Shown: positions 17,842 through 26,646 of the stretch, piece after piece
Position numbering within the stretch: position 1 is the first letter of the stretch
Layout: the number at the start of each line of letters is the position of its first letter
Origin: an uncultured Chthoniobacterales bacterium
GTDB lineage: Bacteria > Verrucomicrobiota > Verrucomicrobiia > Chthoniobacterales > CALDSX01
NCBI GenBank assembly: GCA_937924445.1
Contig: CALDSX010000015.1
Span: forward strand, 986-64,985
Length of the DNA stretch: 64,000 nt
Reading direction: 5' to 3'
Program-made: the position numbers and the translations under genes
Notes under the pieces: generated by a model
Databases searched by the model: none
The model's input: the letters and a program-made list of their open reading frames with translations, nothing else
Told to the model about the DNA's origin: nothing

Positions 17842-18588
17842 CTACATGACCATTCCGCCATCAACAACAAGCACCTGGCCAGTGATGAACCGCGCTTCCG
17901 CTGAGGCGAGAAAGGCGACTGCCGCTGCGATATCCTCCGGATCCCCAAACTTGCCAAGAGGAATCTGAGCAAGGATTTGCGACTTGAGATTCTCCGGCAG
18001 AACATCCGTCATATCCGTTGTGATAAACCCCGGGGCAATGGCATTGACCGTAATGCCGCGGCTGGCAACCTCCCTCGCCAGCGCCTTTGTAAAGCCGATC
18101 AGCCCCGCTTTGCTCGCAGCATAGTTGCATTGCCCAGCGTTTCCTGCAACGCCCGAGGTTGAGCTAATGTTGATAATCCGTCCCGAGCGTTGCTTGAGCA
18201 TGAGCCGCACAACAGGTTGTGTGAAATTAAATGCCCCCTTTAGGTTTGTAGCCATAACCATGTCCCAATCGCCCTCCGACATCCGCATTAACAAACTATC
18301 CTTAGTTATACCAGCGTTATTCACCAAGATGTCAATTCCGCCTCCGGAAATCTCTTGAATTTGTTCTACCGCAGTCGTGCACGATGCATGATCAGCCACG
18401 TCAAGCGCAAATGGGAATGCACTTCCCGCTCGGATACCGTTCAACTCTTCCGCTATCTTCTCAGAGTTATGCGGCGTGCGGCTCACAACTGAGACACGCC
18501 CACCCTCCAAAACAATCCTCTTGGCAATGGCAGCCCCAATCCCACGACCAGCTCCAGTAACAATGGCATACTTGTTTTCAAATCTCAT
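17842..18588 (-). CDS. fabG: 3-oxoacyl-[ACP] reductase
   Basis: 248 aa with AIVTGAGRGIGAAIA, NNAGIT, YAASKAGLIGFTKALARE and ITGQVLVVDGGM. Confidence 0.9.
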   Translation of the reverse strand: MRFENKYAIVTGAGRGIGAAIAKRIVLEGGRVSVVSRTPHNSEKIAEELNGIRAGSAFPFALDVADHASCTTAVEQIQEISGGGIDILVNNAGITKDSLLMRMSEGDWDMVMATNLKGAFNFTQPVVRLMLKQRSGRIINISSTSGVAGNAGQCNYAASKAGLIGFTKALAREVASRGITVNAIAPGFITTDMTDVLPENLKSQILAQIPLGKFGDPEDIAAAVAFLASAEARFITGQVLVVDGGMVM

Positions 18589-18693
18589 AAAGTATCAAAT
18601 TGCCCGCTCCACATAATGATGTCACTTAAAAAATGTTTATTTCCGTTTCACTCATCAAATTAAACATTCAGACTCCAATTGGATGCTTGAGGA

Positions 18694-19278
18694 ATGAACA
18701 CCTCTTTAGAAAATAAAAATATTATCCTCGGGATAACCGGCTCGATCGCAGCTTACAAAGCGGCTGAAATTGCTAGCCTGCTCAGTAAATCAGGCGCGCA
18801 TGTATGGCCGGTAATGACACCCTCCGCTCTGAAATTTGTCACCACGCTCACTATCGGCACTTTGGCACAAAAACCCGTTGCAACGGAGTTCTGGGAAGAA
18901 GACCGAGACTGGCAACCTGGCCATATTCAACTTGCAGATCGGGCCGATCTCTTGCTTGTCGCACCAGCCACCGCAAATATCATCGCAAGCTTTGCGCATG
19001 GTCTGACCTCAGATCTTCTCTCAGCAATTTACCTCGCAACCCGCGCGAAGGTCTTAATCGCTCCAGCCATGAACGGAAAAATGTTCCAACATGCCGCGAC
19101 TCAAGAAAATATCCGCCTCCTCCGTCAGCGCGGTCATGTGTTCATCGGTCCAGACTCTGGCATGCAGGCCTGCGGTTATGATGGCCCGGGAAGATTAGCA
19201 AGTCCCGAAGCGATCGTGGCCAAGGCCGGGGCAATGCTCGCGACCCCGGCGGACCTATACGAGCAAAACAACTCATAA
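18694..19278 (+). CDS. coaC: Phosphopantothenoylcysteine decarboxylase (stand-alone flavoprotein CoaC, no CoaB domain)
   Basis: 194 aa with ILGITGSIAAYKAAEI, APAMNGKMFQHAATQENI (PAMN motif) and ACGYDGPGRLASPE (substrate clamp). A stop follows directly after the decarboxylase domain. Confidence 0.78.
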   Translation: MNTSLENKNIILGITGSIAAYKAAEIASLLSKSGAHVWPVMTPSALKFVTTLTIGTLAQKPVATEFWEEDRDWQPGHIQLADRADLLLVAPATANIIASFAHGLTSDLLSAIYLATRAKVLIAPAMNGKMFQHAATQENIRLLRQRGHVFIGPDSGMQACGYDGPGRLASPEAIVAKAGAMLATPADLYEQNNS

Positions 19279-19694
19279 GAACTTGAACAAATCACCGCAA
19301 AAGTCACGTTACCGAATGTCTCCACACTCCAATCTGCCACACTGCCGGATTGCAAATGAATGTTGGCTTCTTGGTAATTCCGATATTTATGAACACTTTT
19401 ACCTATATCAGTCTAAAGCGATTTGCTTCTCTCCTATAATAACACGCATCACACGCCCCACCAAGAGCCGCTGACACCATTTAACTCCTTCACCTTCTTT
19501 AAGTCTGGCTATCGGCAGGAGCCGTGGGAGGCGTTTTTTTGTGTGCGCAGGTTATTTACTGGTCTTATATGGAGTAGGTTGGTAGAAGTTATTTCTGAGT
19601 GGACTCGTGTGTGTTGAGCCCAAAGGTGCGACGTTGGGCTGAAGAACGGCCGAGATGAACTCGGTTACTTTCAACGCAAGAATTCCTTTTGGGT

Positions 19695-20636
19695 TCAACG
19701 ATTGGTTAGTAGCGATGCCGCAAAACAGACCTCTTCGATGCTTAAGTCCTCGAGGTTGTTATTCGGTGCACGCAAGACCGAGACGCCGGTGTTTTTTGGG
19801 GCCCAAACATCGGGATCGGTCGGGCCAAAGAGCAACAAAGATTTGGCACCTGCCGCTGCTGCAATATGAGACACTCCAGAATCATGACCGATGAATGCTG
19901 AAGTCTGTGCGGCAAGCGCAGCCACCAGTGGTAACGAGAGCTGCGTGGCGAATACTATGCGCGACAGGTTGCGAAACGCTTCCTGCAACGTCGCCAATGG
20001 CTTGTCATCACTCTCCCCGGCGAGAACGATCACTTTTCCGGGAAATCCTGCGGTTAGAAAACGGAGTAGTTCGACCCAGTATTCTGCAGGCCAGCATTTT
20101 CTGAACGATCCACTCCCAGGGTGGACAAGGAGAAACGGCTTGTCCACTTCGAGTGAGTGAAGCAGAGATTCTGCAGCCAGAATATCATCTTTTGAGGGGT
20201 AAAGCCGCGCTGCCGGATCTTCAAGAAAAAGGGCGAGCTTTTCTAGCGGTCGCGCGAGCTGACGTGCGGCGTGGTCGTGATCGCCCACGATCGGGTTGGC
20301 GTGCAGAAAATTCCGAACCCCGGCCCGGCGCATGTTCTCTGCAAAAATGCCATCGGGATCATACAGCCATGAGATAATCTGTTGAAATCCGGCAAAATAG
20401 GATGCCAGTCCGGAATCCAGCTCGCCATCTCGGCTGAAGAAGCGAGACAACGGCCCATACTCTATCGAACGTGAGGCTGTTGCGTAGCCGCGCCCTTCAA
20501 CGAGGGCTACGATATGACGGTAACCGACAAGTTCCAATTGTGCGGACGGGAAAGCCTCACGTAGGAGGGCAAGGGCTGGCAAGGTAAGGACAAAATCCCC
20601 GATAGCACCACCGCGAATGGCGAGAATGCGCGACAT
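19695..20636 (-). CDS. Glycosyltransferase family 9 (heptosyltransferase-like)
   Basis: 313 aa with MSRILAIRGGAIGDFVLTLPALALLREAFP and a C-terminal FIGHDSGVSHIAAA. Confidence 0.8.
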   Translation of the reverse strand: MSRILAIRGGAIGDFVLTLPALALLREAFPSAQLELVGYRHIVALVEGRGYATASRSIEYGPLSRFFSRDGELDSGLASYFAGFQQIISWLYDPDGIFAENMRRAGVRNFLHANPIVGDHDHAARQLARPLEKLALFLEDPAARLYPSKDDILAAESLLHSLEVDKPFLLVHPGSGSFRKCWPAEYWVELLRFLTAGFPGKVIVLAGESDDKPLATLQEAFRNLSRIVFATQLSLPLVAALAAQTSAFIGHDSGVSHIAAAAGAKSLLLFGPTDPDVWAPKNTGVSVLRAPNNNLEDLSIEEVCFAASLLTNR

Positions 20637-20648
20637 ATCTGGCAGTGG

Positions 20649-23600
20649 TTAAAGTGCATGGCCCTGCCAAGGTTTAAGCGCTTCGAGAAGCGCTCGACTG
20701 GCAGCGACGCGGAAACGATCGGAAGGTTGGATAAAGGCTTGGATGGGTAGCTGGTCTAGCTTGATTTCCACCGGGAGATCGCCTGGATGCCGCTTTAAGA
20801 GATCGGCAATTGCCCGTGCGTCCTCTAAGAAATATGGAGAATAAAAATTCATATGGATCATGAGCTTTTGAGGCTTTTTTGCGGTCTGGGGTTTGAGCAG
20901 GCTCATCTCCTGCACGTTGATCTTCGGCACCTCACCTTTGGTATCCAGAAAGGCCTTGACCTTGACGACATTTCCGGGTTTGAGCAGTGCGGAGAAGCGG
21001 GTGTAATGATCGGACCAGCAGGTCGCCTCGATCGTGGAGGTGAGGTCTTCGAGTTGAAAAAACGCAAAAGGTTTTCCACCGTTTTTTGTTGTGCGGACCT
21101 CCACAGTTTTGATTTGTCCTGCCACCTTTAAGGGTTGGCGATTTCGCTCGAAGCGGTCAGCCCGCCCATTGGCCCTCTCGCCTGCCTCTGCTTCAGCAGC
21201 CTTTTTGGCTAGTTCCGGGATGAGGCGTAACGGGGTAAAGGAAGTATCTTCCAGTGCCCCGCGATACTCATCGAGGGGATGGCCAGTGACATAAAAGCCG
21301 AGCAGCTCACGTTCGAACTCGAGTACTTCTCTTGGCGACCAGGAGGGCAAATCGGCAGAGGAACTTTGTGGTGGGCCGGACAGGTCCAATGCGTCGAAGA
21401 GTGACGCTTGTCCGGCAGCAGCATCTCGTTGAAAAGAACTTGCCGAGGCCAAGCAGCCTTCGATTTGCACATAAGTTTCGGCACGGCTTGCTCCGAGCGA
21501 ATCGAGTGCGCCGCATTTGACGAGACATTCGATCACGCGGCGCGTGACTTCGCGGGTATCCACACGCCGTGCAAGTTCGGCTAACGACCGGAATGGCCCT
21601 CCGGATTCGCGTTCACGAAGGATGGCTTCGACAGCTTTCTGACCCACATTTTTTATACCCAGCAATCCAAACCGGATTGCGCTCCCACGTCCTGGAGTCC
21701 TCTCAGGCTGAAAATCGAGCCCGCTCGCATTCACGTCGGGAGGGAGAATCTGGACATTTAAACGCCGGCACTCTGCGATGAGTTCGGAAATTTTATCGGT
21801 ATCGTTTACCTCGCTGGAAAGCAGAGCCGCCATAAACTCGACCGGATAGTGAGCCTTCAAATAAGCGCAACGGAAGCAGAGGACGGCATATGCGGCACTA
21901 TGGCTCTTGTTAAAGCCATAACCGGCAAACTTTTCTAGCAGATCAAAAATCTCGTCGGCGCGGCCGGCGGGGATATTGTTCAGCCGCTGGCAGCCTTCTC
22001 GGAAGCGGAGACGTTCTTTAGCCATCTTTTCTTTATCCTTTTTACCCATGGCACGCCGGAGATTATCGGCCTCGGCCAGCGTATAGCCTGCGAGCAAGCT
22101 GGCGGCTTTTTGGACCTGCTCCTGGTAAATAAGAATGCCGTAAGTGCTGGCAGAAACTTCTTCCAACAGTGGATGGAGGTACTTGATCTTTGCCTGGCCC
22201 TTACGGCGGGCGACGAAGTCGTCTATCAGATCCATCGGTCCTGGGCGATAGAGAGCAATAAGGGCAAGTATATCGTCAATGCTTCGGACGCCCATCTTGC
22301 GGCAGGTGTTGACCATGCCTGGTGATTCAAGCTGGAACACGCCGATGGTTGCCCCGCTGTTGAGCAACTCATAAGTTGCTTCATCCTCGAAACCCACGGC
22401 ATCCATGTCGAATTCAGGTGAACGTTTTCGAACAAGCTTCACGGCGTTGTCGATGACCGTAAGGGTTCGCAGTCCGAGGAAATCCATCTTTAAAAGGCCG
22501 AGTTCCGCGAGCGAACCCATTTCATATTGGGTGACCACTTCGTTGTCTTTGCCCCGGCAGAGTGGTACATGCTCAACTAACTCACCCGGAGCAATAACAA
22601 CGCCCGCAGCATGGATGCCTGTGCCGCGCGTGAGTCCCTCGAGTGTGACCGCGTAGTCCCACAATCGCCGCACCTCTGGTTCTGAATTCACCAGAGCTCG
22701 TAACTCCGGATTTTGTTCGATCGCGCCTGGCACTAGTTCTCCGGAGGGATCGCGGCGCGCCGTCAGGGTGATGTTCAGATCTGACGGGATCATCCGCGCG
22801 ATACGGTCTGCTTCGCTGTAACTCATCCCTATCACACGACCTACGTCGCGAACGACGCTTTTTGCGCCGAGAGTTCCAAAGGTGACAATCTGAGCGACAG
22901 AGTGTTCTCCATATTTTCGCCGGACGTATTCGATGACCTCCCCGCGGCGGTTCATGCAGAAATCAATATCAATATCTGGAGGGCTGACCCGATCTGGATT
23001 GAGGAAGCGTTCGAAAAGCAACCCGAACCGGATCGGATCAACATCAGTGATCCCAAGCACATAGGCCACGAGTGAACCGGCCGCCGAGCCACGGCCTGGC
23101 CCTACGGGAATACCGCGCTCCTTGGCAAAGCGGATAAAATCCCAAACGATGAGGAAATAACTCACAAAGCCGGTCTTTTCGAGCACGCTGAGCTCGAATT
23201 CGAGGCGCTCCGTCAGAGAGGGATCGGTGTGCGCCCGTTCTCCGTAGCGCTTGTGCAAACCGGACAACGCCAGCTCGCGAAGGTAGATCTCCCGCGTTTT
23301 ACCATCTGGCGGATCGAAGGCGGGATAATTCTGCCCCCCAAAGGCTATCTCAACATTACACCGTTCTGCGACAAGAAGCGTGTGATTGCAGGCCTCGGGA
23401 ATTTCGTGAAAAAGCGCCCGCATCTCGGCGGGGCTTTTGCAATAAAGCTCTGGCAGGTAGCGCATCCGATTCTCATCGGCCACGAACCGCTGTGTGCCGA
23501 TGCAGATCAAAACGTCATGAGCTTCGTGATGTTCGCGTTCAAGGAAATGGACATCATTTGCGGCAACGGTGCGCAGCCCGAGGTCTTTCGCAAGATGCAG

Positions 23601-24179
23601 GAGGGTTCGATTACACCGTTCCTGTGTCTCCAGGCCGTGGTTATGCAGTTCGAGAAAATAATTCTCGGCCCCGAAAATATCCCGATACGTTGTCGCAATT
23701 TCCCAGGCTTTTTTTTCGTTATTTTCGATTATGGCGGAGTTGATCTCGCCTTTGAGACAGCCGCTCAACGCGATAATCCCCTGGGAGTGCCGGGCGAGGA
23801 ACTCATGATCGACTCGCGGTTTGTAATAATACCCCTCGAGATGGGCAGCACTCACAATGCGCAGCAGGTTTTTGTAGCCTAGATTGTTCTCGGCGAGCAG
23901 TGTCAGATGATAAGCCGCTTCACGAGGGCTGGTCGCGGTACGATCCCGCATGGGGCCGGGTGAAACGTAAATTTCACAGCCTAGAATCGGTTTGACGCCA
24001 ATTTTTTTTGCCGCAGTGTAAAATTCCAGAGCTCCGAACATGTTTCCATGATCCGTCACCGCAATGGCCGGCATTTGCAGCGAGGCGGCTTTACGAACCA
24101 AATCTTTGATTCGCACGGCACCGTCGAGCAGCGAATATTCCGTATGGACATGAAGGTGGACAAAATCGCTTCCAGCCAT
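20649..24179 (-). CDS. dnaE: DNA polymerase III subunit alpha
   Basis: 1176 aa. PHP domain FVHLHVHTEYSLLDGA, then palm/fingers, an HhH and a C-terminal OB fold. Confidence 0.97.
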   Translation of the reverse strand: MAGSDFVHLHVHTEYSLLDGAVRIKDLVRKAASLQMPAIAVTDHGNMFGALEFYTAAKKIGVKPILGCEIYVSPGPMRDRTATSPREAAYHLTLLAENNLGYKNLLRIVSAAHLEGYYYKPRVDHEFLARHSQGIIALSGCLKGEINSAIIENNEKKAWEIATTYRDIFGAENYFLELHNHGLETQERCNRTLLHLAKDLGLRTVAANDVHFLEREHHEAHDVLICIGTQRFVADENRMRYLPELYCKSPAEMRALFHEIPEACNHTLLVAERCNVEIAFGGQNYPAFDPPDGKTREIYLRELALSGLHKRYGERAHTDPSLTERLEFELSVLEKTGFVSYFLIVWDFIRFAKERGIPVGPGRGSAAGSLVAYVLGITDVDPIRFGLLFERFLNPDRVSPPDIDIDFCMNRRGEVIEYVRRKYGEHSVAQIVTFGTLGAKSVVRDVGRVIGMSYSEADRIARMIPSDLNITLTARRDPSGELVPGAIEQNPELRALVNSEPEVRRLWDYAVTLEGLTRGTGIHAAGVVIAPGELVEHVPLCRGKDNEVVTQYEMGSLAELGLLKMDFLGLRTLTVIDNAVKLVRKRSPEFDMDAVGFEDEATYELLNSGATIGVFQLESPGMVNTCRKMGVRSIDDILALIALYRPGPMDLIDDFVARRKGQAKIKYLHPLLEEVSASTYGILIYQEQVQKAASLLAGYTLAEADNLRRAMGKKDKEKMAKERLRFREGCQRLNNIPAGRADEIFDLLEKFAGYGFNKSHSAAYAVLCFRCAYLKAHYPVEFMAALLSSEVNDTDKISELIAECRRLNVQILPPDVNASGLDFQPERTPGRGSAIRFGLLGIKNVGQKAVEAILRERESGGPFRSLAELARRVDTREVTRRVIECLVKCGALDSLGASRAETYVQIEGCLASASSFQRDAAAGQASLFDALDLSGPPQSSSADLPSWSPREVLEFERELLGFYVTGHPLDEYRGALEDTSFTPLRLIPELAKKAAEAEAGERANGRADRFERNRQPLKVAGQIKTVEVRTTKNGGKPFAFFQLEDLTSTIEATCWSDHYTRFSALLKPGNVVKVKAFLDTKGEVPKINVQEMSLLKPQTAKKPQKLMIHMNFYSPYFLEDARAIADLLKRHPGDLPVEIKLDQLPIQAFIQPSDRFRVAASRALLEALKPWQGHAL

Positions 24180-24403
24180 TTTTTGAACTATATCGTTGGT
24201 GAAGGAGGCGGCAACTCCCGGTGCGGCGGATTTGTTGTCTGTTGCGAGAGTTGTCTTCTCTCCGCTCCGCCCCCGGTCTTCCGAGTTGTTTCGATGAAAT
24301 TTGGGAGAATGCGCCTCGAGTTTGTCTAGGCGCGGTATCTAGAATTTAGTTATCAGTTCATAAGTTGTAGACGTAATCAAACTCGCGTTGCTTAATTGAG
24401 GGA

Positions 24404-24935
24404 ATGAAAACTTTCAACAACCCCTCCGACATACGTCTTGGGGTGTTTGGGTATGGCGGTGCCGACAACATGGGCCGCCAGCATCTCCTCAAAATGAGAA
24501 GAGCCGGGCTGACTCCGACAGCTGTTGAATTAAGCGCTTGCGCACAGACCCAATGCTGGGGACCTCAAAACCAAGTGGAAAGAAGAGGCCATCGAGGATG
24601 ACGGGTTTGTCCTTGTACGCTTTGGTGGGGGCGAACATCTCACCCTTTCCATCAGCAATATCGAATCAAACCCAAAAATGGCCGGATGGAAGTGACAGGA
24701 ACCGAGGAGACTTTGCTAGTTGGTGGCATGAAGACGACTTTGACTCAGAATTGTGACGGGACCGAAGTTCTCGTGATGTCCACTGCTCCACCTGGCGAGC
24801 GCCGGCGATATTATCGGAACATCCCTAAGCGCCTCACAGGCCGGGCCCCCTCATTCTCACGCTCGAATAGGCGTGGCGCCCGATTCACATCCTCGATCTT
24901 GCCAGCCGAAGCGTGGCTGAGGGGTGGGCGTTGCA
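24404..24935 (+). pseudogene. Degraded Gfo/Idh/MocA-family oxidoreductase remnant
   Basis: Frame 1 gives MKTFNNPSDIRLGVFGYGGADNMGRQHLLKMRRAGLTPTAV, a Rossmann N-terminus. C-terminal-type segments then appear in two other frames: EDDGFVLVRFGGGEHLTLSISNIES..GWK*, EVTGTEETLLVGG...RYYRNIPKRLTGRAP and LILTLE*AWRPIHILDLASRSVAEGWALQAV*. Together these show at least two frameshifts, an in-frame stop and a large internal deletion. Confidence 0.6.
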
Positions 24936-24982
24936 AGCGGTGTAAGGCTGAATTTGGATCGCTTTTGAGGCTGCGCAGGGTT

Positions 24983-25528
24983 CTAAATAACAGGCGGAAG
25001 AGCTATGAACATGGCACCCACCAGCGACTCAAGCGCTGCCCGGGATTGTCGTGGGCTCCCTTCCGAGGAGAAGGGCGCGACCACCACGGCTCGCCAGATA
25101 ATGTCCGCTGTGCCCGGTTCACGAGCTTCAATGGTAAAACCGCCTTCTCCCCGTGTCGGCTGACTACGTTTGGAAAAGTCTCCTGTGGCGGCGACTGCCC
25201 CGTTGGTAAACACCATGCGGAAAGCAATTTCTGACCCCGCGCGATTTTGTTTGCGATACCCCTTCTCACCGAGTTTCCTTTCGATTGCGCGGCGAATTTC
25301 CTTACTCCACGCCCTCATTTCAGGAGTGGTGCCACCTGGGGTGGGGTCGGTAGCCCAACGGAAAGTTTTGTCTCTGGCAACGGGTATCTCAACGGCCGTT
25401 GCGACAGATGGCTTCCGAGCCTCAGAAAAGGCACAACTCGAAAACATCACAATGGCGAGAAGAGAAACGGATGCCGCTGGCCGGAAACCGGCCGCACACC
25501 GGAAAAATTTGGAGATCCAATAGCTCAT
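24983..25528 (-). CDS. Putative lipoprotein (DUF4136-like)
   Basis: The ORF is open to 25567. The likely start is MSYWISKFF... A signal peptide with the lipobox MFSSC is followed by FRWATDP...IRRAIERKLGEKGY...IAFRMVF, which resembles DUF4136. Tentative. Confidence 0.5.
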   Translation of the reverse strand: MSYWISKFFRCAAGFRPAASVSLLAIVMFSSCAFSEARKPSVATAVEIPVARDKTFRWATDPTPGGTTPEMRAWSKEIRRAIERKLGEKGYRKQNRAGSEIAFRMVFTNGAVAATGDFSKRSQPTRGEGGFTIEAREPGTADIIWRAVVVAPFSSEGSPRQSRAALESLVGAMFIALPPVI

Positions 25529-25596
25529 TTGAGAATTCACACTTTTCCCGTCCGGGCAGACTTTCAATGCGACCTGCGGGTGCGGCCTTGAGATTG

Positions 25597-26646
25597 TTAC
25601 TCCAACAAAAGCGGTCTGGCAAACCGGAACAATAATGGGCGACGGTCTCGCTCCGAACCTACCCGCCAGGAGCGGTTGTTATCCAGGACAATCCAGATGG
25701 CATCTCTCTCGATCGCCAACCCTTCAGCCATCCCAAACGCCGAATGCATGTAGGCAAACCGGGGATCTCGGACGGTGTGCGAAAAACTCCATGCGCGTGT
25801 CTCCCGCCATGACTTTCCTGTTTTTGAGGGCGTTAGTTCAACGATTGCCTCCGCGTTTCGGGACAAGGCAAAAAGTTTGCCATTGTAAACCTCCAAGTCG
25901 GAATAATCCGCAAGCCGCGTGCCCGAGAGCTTCACCACGGAGTGTTCGATAGGAAACCATCGGGCCTTGGCATAGTTCCCCGCCTCCAACTGTGGCAACA
26001 CCAATAACCCTCGGGGTTCTCTTTCAGCGGCTAGAACGAAGCGGGAGGGATGTTCTAATTCCGCGAGACCCTCGATGCCTGCATTTGGTTTTCTGAGATA
26101 GGGCAACGGCGGGTTTTGTCTTGCACCGGCGGCAGCAGAGGGCAAGCCGAGGCCGATCCATTCTGCTGCACCAGACTCACTATCCACTCGGAGCAGATCC
26201 GAAAGCATTTCCGACGCGAGATAAAATTTTTTCTCTTTTGGCACGTAGTGCACGGCTTCGAAATCAAACCTTCGCACCCCTTTGCGGGGCGGGGCCCTAA
26301 ACTCTCGATGGGGAACCATCCGCGCAGGCGCTCCAACGCTTTCGGAGAATTCGAAACGATAGATTGCTGTGTCGTGTTTGTCTGAAACTGCAAGAAGCAT
26401 ACCTTCAGCAAAGCAGAGTCCTGAGGGTTCGACCCTGGGTGGGCCTTCGACCGGTACAGCCATTTGAAGAGTGAGTTGGGGAAAAGAGTCCGAGGGCTTG
26501 GCAACGCAACTCCGCGAGCCGTCAGCGGTAGCGTAAGAAAGCCCGACAATCCAAAGGGTAATGGCGGGTAAAGTAGGCAAAAAGAGCTTCACAACGGGCT
26601 TACTAACTTGCGCGGGTGGTCTTTGTCGAGTTTCTTTTGCAGCCAT
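25597..26646 (-). CDS. Secreted beta-propeller-type protein (SdiA-regulated/phytase-like family, tentative)
   Basis: The ORF is open to 26856, but that stretch overlaps cca on the other strand. The start at MAAKETRQRPP.. (ATG 26646) gives a basic n-region plus hydrophobic LFLPTLPAITLWIVGLSYA. EPSGLCF...LLAVSDKHD, IEGLAEL and GMAEGLAIERDAIWIVLDNN are also present. Confidence 0.5.
   Translation of the reverse strand: MAAKETRQRPPAQVSKPVVKLFLPTLPAITLWIVGLSYATADGSRSCVAKPSDSFPQLTLQMAVPVEGPPRVEPSGLCFAEGMLLAVSDKHDTAIYRFEFSESVGAPARMVPHREFRAPPRKGVRRFDFEAVHYVPKEKKFYLASEMLSDLLRVDSESGAAEWIGLGLPSAAAGARQNPPLPYLRKPNAGIEGLAELEHPSRFVLAAEREPRGLLVLPQLEAGNYAKARWFPIEHSVVKLSGTRLADYSDLEVYNGKLFALSRNAEAIVELTPSKTGKSWRETRAWSFSHTVRDPRFAYMHSAFGMAEGLAIERDAIWIVLDNNRSWRVGSERDRRPLLFRFARPLLLE

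Noticed and set aside
19279-19694. The idea that the spacer after coaC is a decayed coaB domain
   Set aside because: None of the three plus-strand frames shows CoaB-like motifs (for example a GGTxEPIDPVRxIxNxSSG region), and the spacer is shorter than a CoaB domain.
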